A DNA stretch of 64,000 nucleotides from Podospora anserina (taxonomy: Eukaryota). Position numbers and translations under genes: made by a program. Location: contig CM030333.1 in assembly GCA_017654855.1 (NCBI GenBank), positions 4,898,001 through 4,962,000 on the forward strand, given 5' to 3'. The notes under the pieces are model-generated. The model ran no database searches and was not told the DNA's origin. It was given only the letters and a program-made list of their open reading frames with translations. This document shows, piece after piece, positions 27,963 through 39,815 of this stretch; within the stretch, counting starts at the first letter, position 1; every line of letters starts with the position of its first letter.

Positions 27963-28397
27963 GTTGATGCCACGATGTTGAACAGTGGATCGTTTGGTGA
28001 GTCAGAGAACAGAGAAAGAGCAAGAGTGGGAAGGTTTTGGGGACGGAGGTGAGTGTGTTGGAATCAGGAGCAGAAAAAGGGCGAGAGTTGAGGGAAAAGA
28101 AGGCAACTTGGCAAGAGCAAGGCGACAATGGGACAGGCTGGATATTTTGTTGCAAAAAAGGATGCCACGACCAGACCACCAAACGAGGGTTGCTCACCGC
28201 TGGACCCGGACCTAAAGAAGATTCCAAGACATCCAATGCCGCGGAAGCAGTGGAACAGGGCACACAATACCTAGCTTGCATCGGCTGCGTCATGGGGGCA
28301 CGCAGCAGTACTGAGACGTCGATATTGGCACGGCATGACGGGAGTGAGACTCACGGGCTGATTGAGCCGGAGACGGAGATTGATCTAGAGGGTGAGA

Positions 28398-28913
28398 ACC
28401 TTGATGGGCTCCATCTGATAATCTGCGATGATCTGATAAGCAAATTTAGACCCACTTGTGCCCTTGCGACCCCGGCCACACCCCTATCTCCTTCCCCTGT
28501 GTTCCCGTGCCTGGCCCTTTCCTTTTTCTCAACGTCTGTGCCCCCTTGCCTGTGGATTGCTCTTGCCCCAAATATTAAATGCTCAACCCCGTACCTTCCG
28601 GCAGAGCAAGCAACAACGGCTCCGTTAGGACTTGCCATAGGAAAGAATGGAGCCGATACCGCAGCAGACACAGAGAAGAGAGGTGACATTGGGCCACGAC
28701 CGAGTGAAACATGCGGCTTCGGATAAAATTTGTCCAGACAGCCAAGAACCTTGACGGCTGGAATCAGACACCTCAGTGTGCACCTTGATGGCCATATTCT
28801 GCGGCTTCAGCATTAAAAGATGATCAAAACGGCTGGTTGGATCCTCTGCGGAGGGCTTCATCTCCTTCCCAAATTGACTGACGGCCTCAAAAAAAAATAG
28901 CGCTCATCAAGGG
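28398..28913. promoter_or_regulatory. Bidirectional promoter with candidate iron-GATA (SreA/SRE) and zinc (ZafA/Zap1) response elements
   Basis: ATCTGATAA at 28413-28421 and 28431-28439. ACCTTGA(T/C)GG (CCRTCAAGGT on the - strand) at 28398-28407, 28748-28757 and 28782-28791, plus a near match CATCAAGGG at 28905-28913. Confidence 0.62.
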
Positions 28914-29314
28914 GAATGGAACACCGCTTGTCTAACAAACATGCGTCTCGTCCGGTCCTATGTGGGCACCCTGCGGGCTGATCTGCAGGTGCAGAGGCTG
29001 CAGCAGATATAGAGCGTGATGCTGCTGTTTACTTTGGGAGGTTTGCTGCTTGCGTGCAATTCCACCCTTCTCGAAGAGCAGCAATTTCCATGTTGTTGAG
29101 ATCATCGGTCACACACTGCCACCGAGACCATCTCTGAGCAACTGCCACCACAATAGTCACCACACTTGTATCTCTTCCTGAGTGCCTATATCAAGCAGCA
29201 GCAACACTCTTGCCGCCATATCTTGAGTGACAAACCCTCACGGAATCTATTATCCCGAACACACATCTCAACACTCACAGCCGCACGCTCCGTCATCCGG
29301 TTTCACCCGTCACC

Positions 29315-30423
29315 ATGCCTCTTCTTGCCTCCTGGCTGCGCATTGGTAGCCCCACAAAAAAGGTCGACGCATGTTCTCGTTCGTCCCAGGATTCTTTAAC
29401 TATTGTTGAGAAAGCCGACATCCTTCAGAGCCAGAAGGCAGATGCCAGGGAGGAAAAGGTTCAGTGGCTCGTCCGGAGTATCGTCAACACCCACACCGAG
29501 CTACTCAAGCTTCCGCACCTTCGTCCAGCGCCAGCCATCAATAAGCTCTTGGGTAACCTTGTCGCCATCTGCAGCGAGATCCACGACCAAGATATTGTAG
29601 ACAAGGTGTGTCGAACTCATCACGGGAAACGTGGAAGACACGAGCTGACAAAGCCAAGGTTTTACAAAATGTGAGCGTCCAGGCTGTGTTACCGTCTCTT
29701 AGACAGATCTGTGCCCAGTCAGAATCATGTCTTGAGCTTCACTGGGCCGAACACATTCTGGAAGGCCAGACCCAGCAAGAAGTCGTCGAGCGCCTCGAGA
29801 GTTTTCCATACTATGAGAACTATGAGGATTTGACCCGACTAGAAGTCTGCTCCATCCTCTCGGCGACAAAAAAGGCACCGCGACGAGTTGCCTTCATCGG
29901 CTCCGGCCCGCTCCCTCTCACCTCGCTATGCCTTTTGCAGGCTCTCAAGAATGATGTGGCAGTGAGAAGCTTGACACAGCCAACCACCAACAACACCACC
30001 GCCACAGACAACGCAGCGAATCAGGAGCCAATTGTCCTCAACGTCGACTACGATGAAGCGGCTATCTCTGCGTCTCTCAAGTTGAGCCTTGCTCTGGGAG
30101 AGAGGGGGAATGGAATGGAATTCATCTGTGCTGAGGCAACCTCGGCTTCGGCGTCACGAGATCTCAGCGAGTTTGACGTCGTGTACATGGCTGCGTTGGT
30201 GGGAGTTACGCAGACAGACAAGGAGAAGATCATGCTGGAAGTGATCAGTCGGATGAGGAGAGGGGCGCTACTGGTTGTCCGCAGCAGTTGGGGCTTGAGG
30301 TCATGCTTATACCCAGAGGTCGACCTTGCAACTGAGACACTGCTGAAGAGGCTTGAGCCCTGTGTGGTAGTACATCCCTATAATCAGGTGGTCAACTCAG
30401 TCATCGTTGCGAGAGTGCGGTAG
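29315..30423 (+). CDS. NAS: Nicotianamine synthase (SAM-dependent aminocarboxypropyl transferase), 2 exons
   Basis: Exon 1 29315-29605, intron 29606-29658, exon 2 to 30423. NAS motifs LELHWA, FPYYENYEDLTRLE, RVAFIGSGPLPLTS, FDVVYMAALVG, GALLVVRS..GLRSCLYP and HPYNQVVNSVIVAR. Confidence 0.93.
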
Positions 30424-32046
30424 CCCCAATCTGGGCCGGACCCGGGGAAGCCGTGAGAGTCCAGTGAGCATTAAACTGGCGATAGAACTGCATGGAAGTC
30501 ATTCTTAGACATGGTTGGATATTATACTGGTATAGTCATCATATTTCTCAGAGCGGTGATGTTAGCCATGGCGTGATCCTTCGCTTCAGCCGCAGCCGTT
30601 ATCGGACTTCTGAGTACTCGGGATACGCTGGATCGATACCGTAGCAATGGGACCAATTTTATCCGCTCATGTCTTACCTACAACTGCGTCTTGTGGCTTT
30701 AGTAAACCGTCTTTGGTTTGAAGTGTGTGTGAACCAGTACGAGGCTTTAAGAAGATACGAATCAATAGTACGGGCTTCAAACCAATCACGCCTTTTCCGC
30801 TGCCACAATCTTGATGCATTTTACCTAAGATCGACCTCAGCCCTACGAACAGGGCTTGTTGAGGGTAAGCAAGCGGATAAATCCTCCGCCCGTAACCTGC
30901 TTGCTGCGAAGCTCGTGAGTGGATCGTGTTATGGGCTTGTTCGCACTCTGCTAATGCCGTTTCCAGCCACTCCGAAACATGTACCGAGATCTTCCAATGG
31001 GAAGTAAAGTCCGTCCACTGGGGAGCTTGGGAGCTGGGCGGTGCAGGTCACCAGCCCCTTCCCCGACAGCCTGACTAGCACGCCACATCTGGTGGGTGCA
31101 AGAAACCAGAAAGCGAAAAGGTTCCATTCACTCCAGTCCAGAACCTCAGATGCGAGTTCAAGATTTCGCTTTCTAACGACCTCACCAGGACTCGTACGAA
31201 CCAACCCCAAGACAATAGAACACCACTGCAGCTCTGCGGCTGAGGACGAAGCGAGGGTAAGGTATGATGTTGTTGCTTGGCATTAATGAACCACAGCACT
31301 GGATTGGGCATCGTCATATACCTGCACTGGAATACGTGCAAGATCTCGTATTCCGGCAAGCGATGAACCTCATACATACCTCCCAAACTCATGATCCAGT
31401 GCCCGACCTATTACCCTTTCGATACCACTATGCCGACCGACTTTACAGAAGGAAACAGCGGTAAGTCGGAATTCGAAATGAAAGACATGTCACCACCACG
31501 AGACTTCAGGTTTGCAACTTTCTGTACGGTCCAAGCGGGCCAAGGCTCGTGATGGAGGATATGCATTTTTCATAGGATCGACACGTAGGAACGTGCCGTA
31601 AATGTTGTGTTCTAGGTGTGTAGAGGTTGAACATGGCGGTGTACTCTGTGACTGGCGAACTACACCGAGATGGACTCGGGAGGCCCAGAAGGGAACTTGA
31701 AAGGCGAACACTCAGTGGGCTGAGGTACGTCTATTGCTTCGCCGAGAGCAGGTTTACTCAGTGTCTATTCTTAGCCCGCACCTTTGTCTTGAGGATGGAG
31801 GCCGTGGGGAGGCAGTGTGACGATGATGTTATGGTCATGAGCTGGAATGAGTGTCGTGATCTCTCGGTGTAGGTGAGGATGGAACAGGAGGTCGATGTGT
31901 ATATAACCTCGCCCTGGTCCGTCATCATTCTCATCCGTCTCATCATCACTCAAACAATCTTCACACTCACAATCAGTTTAACAACCACAACAACAACCAC
32001 CATTCCTCATATCCATATTCCAACTCAACCAATACACAAATTCAAT

Positions 32047-32637
32047 ATGTTCTCCAAGACTACCATCGTCGCCTTTCTCACTTCTTTGGCCCTCACTTCG
32101 GCCGCTCCCGCTGATGAAATCTCTGCCCGCCAGGCACCAGCCGAGATTGCTCCCACCACCGTCATCGGCCACGCTCTCGCTGACGCCTGGGACAACTACT
32201 GCTCTGCCCCTACTTCCTACGGCTATATCGCCCGCAACGTCTGGAACGGTCAGGAGTATGGCCAGACCACCCTCTTCACCTTCACCTACCCCGCCGCGTC
32301 GGCCGGCAAGCAGTGCTGGCTCGACTTCTACCACGCTCAGCCCAGCTGGATCTCCAACACCAACGGCATCCAAGTCGACGTCTTCACCTCTTGGGGCGAG
32401 AACACCTGCAACGCCGGCGACAAGTCCAACAAGCGTGACGCCAACCTTGGTCGCCTCAACGTTCCGGCTACTGGCGCGGCTACCTGGGCGGCCAAGTACA
32501 GCACTTCTTTGACTCAGAAGGGTCCTTGCAAGGCTCCTGGCTCCGTGGAGAGGCTCGAGTTGGTGGCTGTCGGGGATAACACTGGACTTTCTTACCCTCA
32601 AGGCCCTGGTGCTGGGTTGAGGATCCTGTACGCCTAA
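32047..32637 (+). CDS. Small secreted protein (possibly But2-like beta fold)
   Basis: MFSKTTIVAFLTSLALTSAAP signal peptide and an ARQ propeptide site, four Cys, strong C-ending codon bias; about 196 aa. Confidence 0.75.
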   Translation: MFSKTTIVAFLTSLALTSAAPADEISARQAPAEIAPTTVIGHALADAWDNYCSAPTSYGYIARNVWNGQEYGQTTLFTFTYPAASAGKQCWLDFYHAQPSWISNTNGIQVDVFTSWGENTCNAGDKSNKRDANLGRLNVPATGAATWAAKYSTSLTQKGPCKAPGSVERLELVAVGDNTGLSYPQGPGAGLRILYA

Positions 32638-34460
32638 AGGGATTCAGTTCACTTTCTTTCTTCAAGGGGCTGGAGTGAAGGGTGGTTTATGAGATCATTT
32701 GATCGCTTTCTGGACTTTCCTTAACATGTGATATCATTACGGTACTTTTAAAGCATACTTTCCTTTTTAGTTTTTCATAGACAAATAGTCACTGGTCAGG
32801 TTTTATCGATAACAATTCTCCGAACGTGGTTCCTTGTGATGATTGATAACGAACTGGGAAATGGAAGGCATGACCGGTAAGACGGGCCGGCACTTGCTCT
32901 GTGGCGGGCATGTCATCACTTTGGAAGCGACAACCCCCATCTGTCCTGCTTGTTCTTGCCGGGCAGTTCCCACTGGTTGGACCCCAGCTGCATGGAAATA
33001 TCGGCCGAGTTTGAAGAGTTCATTCCGCCCCTCCCGAAAAGAATCGACCTTCAAACCTGTACGAATTCACGCACGAAACACCTAACGAGCTCAAAAGGGA
33101 AGCAGCCCATCCAGGCAATAGTTCTTTCATGAGCCGACGAAAGCCAGGCTCAAAGCTCCATGCTATGATCGCCGCCTCGACGATCATGATCTTCCCACCA
33201 TCTTCCTCAAAGTGGGGTTGCATTCTTTGCTTTTTAGGGTTGCGATGCATCCGACTTTGAAGCTGACCTTTTGGTCATGAAGATTTCCCAATACTCATGT
33301 CTTTCCGCACAGTGACGAAACTGAGACAGCAATGCTGAATAATACGTAGGTCTTCTAAATCTACTCATCCCCTCGATTTTTTCACGATTCTCGGCCGATT
33401 ACTAAACAAGATCAACGTTGAAATAGGCTCGGCAAAATCAAGATAAGCTTTCTGACCCAGGCGGAAGGGCACTGTGGCGAATATGCACTATTTGATGTGA
33501 CGAGACACACTACTGACAAGGGCTTATTCAGCTTACAGTGACAGAATTTCTCAGTGTTTGTGAGTGCTTCACGCCCAGGTGGAGGATTTGGAGCTGGGAC
33601 TTTCAAGCGAAGTGGCGTCGGTGTTAGCGTGCCTCTTTGCAGATGCTGTGATGCGAGCCACTCGTCACTGTCGTGTGGTTCGCCAGCGATCCCATGTCCT
33701 GCAGCTCGAAAGAGGGCTTGCAGTTCGAATCGATAATGCTCGTGGGCACAACAGAATGACTATCGAAATTGTGAATTCCTTCCCCTCGCTTTTCCACTAA
33801 AGTCGAGCGAGACCGAGACACGGATATCGCGGAAGTACCCTTCTGGTCGTCCTGCCCGCTGATGCTTTGTCGGCATGTCCAAAAAGCCAATGAGACGCTG
33901 TCAACCCGACGATCCTGCTGCCAGCTTGACGCACGTCAGACATGAAGTTCTATTCAATGTTACTCATCTGCTGCTCCAAGAGAACCATTACCACCATATG
34001 GTGGGGGCGATGTCAAATGCAGCTGGACGCCAGAGACAGCATCTGACCTAGCCTGTTTAGGTGTCACCGCCCTTGCTGTTGAACATCGTCAAGTCCAGAC
34101 TCCCAGTTGGTCGGTAACCTTCACCGTTCCGGCACTACGACAGGGCTGGACAGTAATCGTAGCAATGACTCGGCTTTGCCAAGCTCGATACCCTTAGCTG
34201 CCGCGGAGGTGGGTGGATCGGGAGCGAACTGGGACAGGCATTTGAAGCATGGGCCTTTAACACACAGCAAATACCCAAGACAACATTGGCTGTGTCTCAC
34301 CTGGGTGAGTTCCTCTTACACCTCCTCCCCCCTTCACCCGGCTCTTCAAACTACTTTTCTTCAGTCACTCGGACAGCCTTCTCAGCACCACGACTATCCA
34401 GGATTGCATCTCGGGGAGGTCGCGGGAGGTGCCAGCACACCTTCCATTTACATTTCTAGC

Positions 34461-36056
34461 ATGGCCAAATCGGCAGAGGCACGATGGCATCTCGGCCACT
34501 GGGTGCTCCTTTTTTCTCTGCCCACACCATCGCTCTGCGGTTCCATGGCAGCTTGGTGGACTGACCTCGGGCCCTCGCTTGTTCTTCAGAATGCTTCAAC
34601 CGGCCTCCTCACCTATTCCTTCTGTAACAGCAACGGCACTCCCATCTATCCACAAGATCCACCAATCGCTCTCAGGACCACTTACGCCCCCAAAAAGGGA
34701 ACATCACTGGCGGCTACTGGCTGGTATGATCAAATCGGGTCGACGTGGGCCTCGGTATTCTACCAAAACAACAACGATGACATTGTCAACGCTGTCTACA
34801 AGTGTGACAACAGAACCGGATTGTACGACCAGCAAGAGAGCAATGTCATCTCGGACAGACGAGGGACCCCAAGCCCCCACACGGATTCAGGAATCTCCGT
34901 CACTTTACTGGGGGAGCAAGAGGGTTATAGGGTATTCTACCATGACAGATCGAAGGCGCTCCAGTCATTGCAATTCAAGTCAACGGACGGCTGGTCTTAT
35001 GGAAGTCCGGTATCGAGCAACACAAATCGGTCAAGTATGGAGATCCATTCGCAATTTTCGGGTGTTCGTAACGTCACAGTGGTGACCCCGAGAGACGCTC
35101 GAAACATGGAAACAGCCCGTCTCAACGTGGACAGCACCTACTTCATCGGTAATTTTTTCCTTTGCCAAACTGTACTGAGAGAAGTTCTAACAGGGCCCGT
35201 AGATACGTTTCCAACACCACTCAAAGGAGGACTCAACAATACCAGCGCCTCTAACCGGACTTCATTTCCATATGATACCTCCGCAACCCCTTCATTTGAG
35301 CTTGAGGCGTGGGATGGCAACCCAAAAGCAATCGGCATTGCTATTGACACTGACACGACCCGTCACATTTTCTACATTGGAACCGATCGCGCGGTCCACT
35401 GGATTGCGGCGTTCGTCTCGGCCTCGGTTGAAGGTGGTTTTCGCGCTCAGGCGTCTCAGAACACCGACGTCTGGCCTTTGGCTGACGAACCAAATTCCGA
35501 CTTCACCATTGCGAGTCACATCGAAAGCAGCAGCATTCGACTGTACTATGTCAGTGGAGGCCGTATAATCGAAACGAAGTATCGTGATGGAAATTGGGAC
35601 CGAGCCGCCCCTGTGGAGAGTGCCAACACGACGATCATCGCTGATGAAGGTGCTGGTACGGGTGATGCTGGTCTTACAACGGGAGCGAAGGCAGGTATTG
35701 GTGTCGGGGTCAGTGTTGGTGTCCTTCTCATCGGCGCAGCAGCAGCAGCTTTTTGGATTCTTCGAAAGAAGAAGTCCACACCCCCTGACGAGGAGGCCAC
35801 AACAGCTGCCGACAACACAGCTGCTACGGTTCCGCCCATGTCTGAGACGGGAAGTCAAGGCGCCTCCTCTCCAACAGCTGGTGTCGCGCGCACCGGTAGC
35901 GGACTCAGTGCAGACAAGTGGGACGCTGAAGTCAAGGACAAGCCGCTTACACCTCCACCGAGAGAACTTGAGAGTCCGAATCTTGCGTCTGAGCTGCCGC
36001 ATACCAATGACAGGAATGAGCTTCCTACTAAGCATCATGTCACGGAGCTACCTTGA
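34461..36056 (+). CDS. Single-pass membrane protein with fucose-lectin-like beta-propeller ectodomain
   Basis: N-terminal signal, then repeated propeller-like blades (GTSLAATGW, ASVFYQ, GYRVFYHD, RHIFYIG, IRLYYVSGG), TM GLTTGAKAGIGVGVSVGVLLIGAAAAAFWILRKKK and an ELP-repeat tail. Probable in-frame intron 35149-35202. Confidence 0.75.
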   Translation: MAKSAEARWHLGHWVLLFSLPTPSLCGSMAAWWTDLGPSLVLQNASTGLLTYSFCNSNGTPIYPQDPPIALRTTYAPKKGTSLAATGWYDQIGSTWASVFYQNNNDDIVNAVYKCDNRTGLYDQQESNVISDRRGTPSPHTDSGISVTLLGEQEGYRVFYHDRSKALQSLQFKSTDGWSYGSPVSSNTNRSSMEIHSQFSGVRNVTVVTPRDARNMETARLNVDSTYFIGNFFLCQTVLREVLTGPVDTFPTPLKGGLNNTSASNRTSFPYDTSATPSFELEAWDGNPKAIGIAIDTDTTRHIFYIGTDRAVHWIAAFVSASVEGGFRAQASQNTDVWPLADEPNSDFTIASHIESSSIRLYYVSGGRIIETKYRDGNWDRAAPVESANTTIIADEGAGTGDAGLTTGAKAGIGVGVSVGVLLIGAAAAAFWILRKKKSTPPDEEATTAADNTAATVPPMSETGSQGASSPTAGVARTGSGLSADKWDAEVKDKPLTPPPRELESPNLASELPHTNDRNELPTKHHVTELP

Positions 36057-37559
36057 TACCTGAGGGAACAAGCTCCAGGAGACATATTGAAAGATAAAGA
36101 TAGAGGTGGTATGGCATGGCGGCGCATGGAGTTCGTGGGGAGCGGATGTGATATGTGGATGTACATGGTGATATTCAATGAGTCTAGAACCTATCATTCT
36201 TGCTCACAGTACAAAGTTTTGATCTGCCGAAAGATGCTGCTGGCTTATTAACAGTTTCTTGATGCAATTCTTTTCAATAGTTTCTCCGAGTAGTAATTCA
36301 GATGCATTGGGTGAACCTGACTCGGCAAGGGTTTCCCAATGTTCAACGGAGAAACAGAGAGTAAAAAAGGAATGAGACATGTTACCTCTGTGCGCTACTG
36401 TACCCTCGTTCGAACCGTCAACTCATTCTGTTCCACTGCCTTCGTGGATTCTGGGAAGACACAGGGAGTGGCTGTGTGGGAAAGGAAGGTCCGCCGATCG
36501 TGAATGAGGTGACCGTCTCACTGCAGCTTGCTCATGCCCGACTTTGCGGGCTGGCCAATGGTAGGGGGACGCGACACACCCTTAACGAATACTCGGGATT
36601 TTGTGAAGCAGGACCCTCGGCAAAGAGGAAAGACTGACTTTACTGGACCGAATGGAGTCTTGATGGGGTGAGGGTGCTGAATCACGTGGACATGTTTGGT
36701 GCTTCATGTCAAAATTCTGCCGATTTCTCCTTGCACGCAGCAGCCATGGGATTTTGTTTCGCTGGGTAGATACGGTAGAGAGGTTTTTCCTTTAGAAACA
36801 GAAGTCATTGACTCTGTCGCACAGCATAGAATGGGCTCGAGGAATGGTAACCATCGTCGAGGGCTAGATTCATGTTGTGTTTTGCGGTTTTAGACATGTC
36901 GTACCACTCCACAGAGTCCAGACTTTTGTTGGTCGCCTCTCTGGCTCTGAGTAGAGCGGGGGATACTATGGTAATATTCTTTGCCAAAACAATCATCAGT
37001 CTATTGGGGAACGCGCTGAATCCTCACATTTAGTCTTCTTTGTTTGTGGACCGTGCACCCTGGTCATGGTGAAAAAGGGTAAATAGGGGTAATCTTGGCA
37101 TCTCCACCTAGCAAGCCCCTTAGCTGAAACTAAAGTAAACAATCTGAACACCATCTCCAGTTCTCCGCAACTCCTCGGGAACCAGATATATAGTAGACCA
37201 CTAGAAAAGGTCAATTTGTGGATGCAGGTACCCAAGCCACGATGCTCAAAGTTGTATGGACGATTGATCCAGGTGACTACCGGCTATATCCTCCGGGCTG
37301 AATGACAAGACATTTTGGACGTCACCCATTGGATGAACCAACCTGCTCAGGGCGGCTAGAATCTATATAACCTCCCCATTTCAATCTTCCATAGAGATTC
37401 CCCGCAGATCCATGCCGGTATATCGTGGTTGACGTTGGCCATGACTGTGAGGATGAATCAAGCTTGAAGTAGCTATATTTAGTTAACCAGAGAGAAAAAC
37501 ATGTTTGCTCACTTCTCATTCTCTATCCTCGCATGTGAAAGCCCAAAGAAAGTATCACA

Positions 37560-38387
37560 ATGCTCACCCTTCTGATCGCCTCCCTCATCCTCGGGGCCAC
37601 CACCGCCCTCTCCCTCCCCCGACAGGCCGACCCCATCGAAGAAGAAGGCTGCACCCGCGCCCTCCTCACCCGCTACACAGAATCCTACCTCTCTGCCCAA
37701 AGCATCGGCGACCCCTCCATCCTCTCCCCCTCCCCAGAAGTCTCCTACACCGAAGACTTCCGCGCCATCTCCATCCGCGACTCGGTGCTCAACACCCCCT
37801 TCCGCATCGCCCACAACCGCTCCCTGCTCGACACGACCCAATGCGCGACCTACACCGAGATCATCGTCACCGACCCCGCCAATCCCCGTGTGATTGGCAC
37901 CCAGATCAGACTTGACGCCACGGGGGAGAACATCGTCAAGATCGAGACGTTGGTCACCAAGGAGGGCGACTGGGCGTTTAACGCGTCGCTGACGTATCAA
38001 TACGCGGCGAGGGAGACGGAGAATAACTGGTGGTTTACCATTCCTGAAGCGGACCGCGACACTAGGGAAACGATCCAGGCTGCGGCGGATGCGTATTTGG
38101 ATTTGTTCAATGACCCTACTGTTGTTGTGCCTTGGGGTACGCCGTGCAACAGGTTGGAGGGAAGCTGGTACACGGGCAATGGGAGCGCCACGGACAGCTG
38201 CAATGTGGGGGTTCCGTCTGGGGTGCCGATCACGCAGAGGAGGTATGTGATTGATGAGACGGTCGGGACGGTGGACGCGTTTGTGCTGTTTGGGACGCGG
38301 CCGGATAGCCATGAGTTTCGGGTTGAGAAGGGGAAGTTGAGGCTGGTGCATACTTTGACTGTGATGAGGAATGGGACTTTTGTCTGA
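37560..38387 (+). CDS. Secreted protein of unknown function (conserved fungal type)
   Basis: Signal peptide MLTLLIASLILGATTALS; 275 aa; CTRALL..YL, AADAYLDLF, PCNRLEG and DSHEFRVEKGKLRLVHTLT; biased codon usage. Confidence 0.8.
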   Translation: MLTLLIASLILGATTALSLPRQADPIEEEGCTRALLTRYTESYLSAQSIGDPSILSPSPEVSYTEDFRAISIRDSVLNTPFRIAHNRSLLDTTQCATYTEIIVTDPANPRVIGTQIRLDATGENIVKIETLVTKEGDWAFNASLTYQYAARETENNWWFTIPEADRDTRETIQAAADAYLDLFNDPTVVVPWGTPCNRLEGSWYTGNGSATDSCNVGVPSGVPITQRRYVIDETVGTVDAFVLFGTRPDSHEFRVEKGKLRLVHTLTVMRNGTFV

Positions 38388-38700
38388 AAAGGGGTGACTA
38401 CCTGTAACATTGGTGATGGAATGGTATTCAGAGGCACAAAGTTCAACCGGCAAGTCTGACAGAACATAAATGGCGTGAGAAAACCGGCAAGTCCGCTTCA
38501 CAAATTCTATCTCCTATCACGCTGAGCACCACTCAGTAGCAACGACATCTTCGTATCCATTGATTTTATTCCTATTGGCGAGTGTCCGATTACCTCCCCT
38601 GTGGCTCAAAGGATTCCCGAGTACTACCTTGCCTCATAGCTGACTAGGACCAACGTGGTCAACCTCTTGAGTGAGTGAAGCAAAGTCTGAAGTTCCTTAC

Positions 38701-39815
38701 CTACTCGAACCGCTCATGGGGAAACACCTCGCGGTTGAAAGTGAAATCGTAGTCAATACCACGCTCGTCCATTGCCCCCTTAAACTCAAGAAGGTTTTCC
38801 TCGGTCCACGGTGTTCCAAAGCGCGTAACCTTGAACTCTTTGTTTAGCGACAGGTCGAAAGAGACCAGGTTGGGTACAAATTTGTCGAGTAGCGGCATTA
38901 CGTCTTCGGGCCCGAAGTGGAACCTGCAGGAGAATTCGTTACTTCCACCGTCAAACCTGAAATGCTTCAGGTTGGGGCAGGCCTTGATGATGGGTCGCAA
39001 GCTGCGATTCTTCAGATATGCTTTGGAAAGTGTAAGGCGAGCGAGCTTCTTTACTTTGATTCCCTCCAGCGATTTGGACCCCGAGGTTTCCTCAGACCAA
39101 TGTTCGCGGAGACCCTCAACTGTGCATTTCTCGAGATTTTACCCCTTTCGGAAAGATGGAAACCAAAAGGCAGGGCGAAAGGTTGGGGGACTCCCCCTTG
39201 CCGACAAGCACGATCTTGGTGAGGAGTTGCATAGATTATGGGGCGTTCAGACTGAGCAGTGATTCGTCGCGGCACAGTAAGATGCCTTGATAGCCATCAC
39301 CTTTGGACAGAGGGAAGCCAGTATCTCAAGCCTTGTGTTGTTGCTAACAGGCCGTACTGAATACCTCAGACGAGAGCCTCTGGGCTTCGTGTACACCATC
39401 CAGTAATAGTAATCGAACTCCAGGTCCCATAGTGTAGTTAGGTCAAGCTTGTGCAGCCACTTCCACATGAAGCTTTGCGAAAAGAAGTGGTTCGGGTAGT
39501 ACTGGGCAAGCTCAATTGGTACCATTTTGGAGGTCTCGGGACACCATTGCCCTGCTTCTCGATAAGGTAAATCTGTTTAACGGCTTCAGCAAGATCGGGA
39601 CGAAGAAGTAGCGTGCGGGCGAAAAGCCACCGCTTCTGGGTGGTGGGTCGGTGGTAAAGGTGAGGTGTTGCCACTTGGCTTAGGGTTCTGGAGGTCGACG
39701 CCAGAGCTAGCAGAGTAGAAAAGTCTGCGAGGTCACTCTTCAGTACACAGTAAGGACAGAAGTGTCCGACTATGAGCTTGCGGAGCTCGAAAGGAAGTTC
39801 CACGACGAGAGTCAT
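38701..39815 (-). pseudogene. Disrupted F-box-like/LRR-type gene
   Basis: N-terminus ELPFELRKLIV...LLALASTSRTLSQVATPHLY resembles an F-box. The coding sequence continues in shifted frames (about 39550 and 39280) and through a stop (about 39140) to IIKACPNLKHFRF. Confidence 0.6.

Noticed and set aside
28037-28726. 229-aa ORF in the ligase/NAS spacer
   Set aside because: Non-ATG start, no motifs or codon bias, and it overlaps the 5' leader and promoter boxes.
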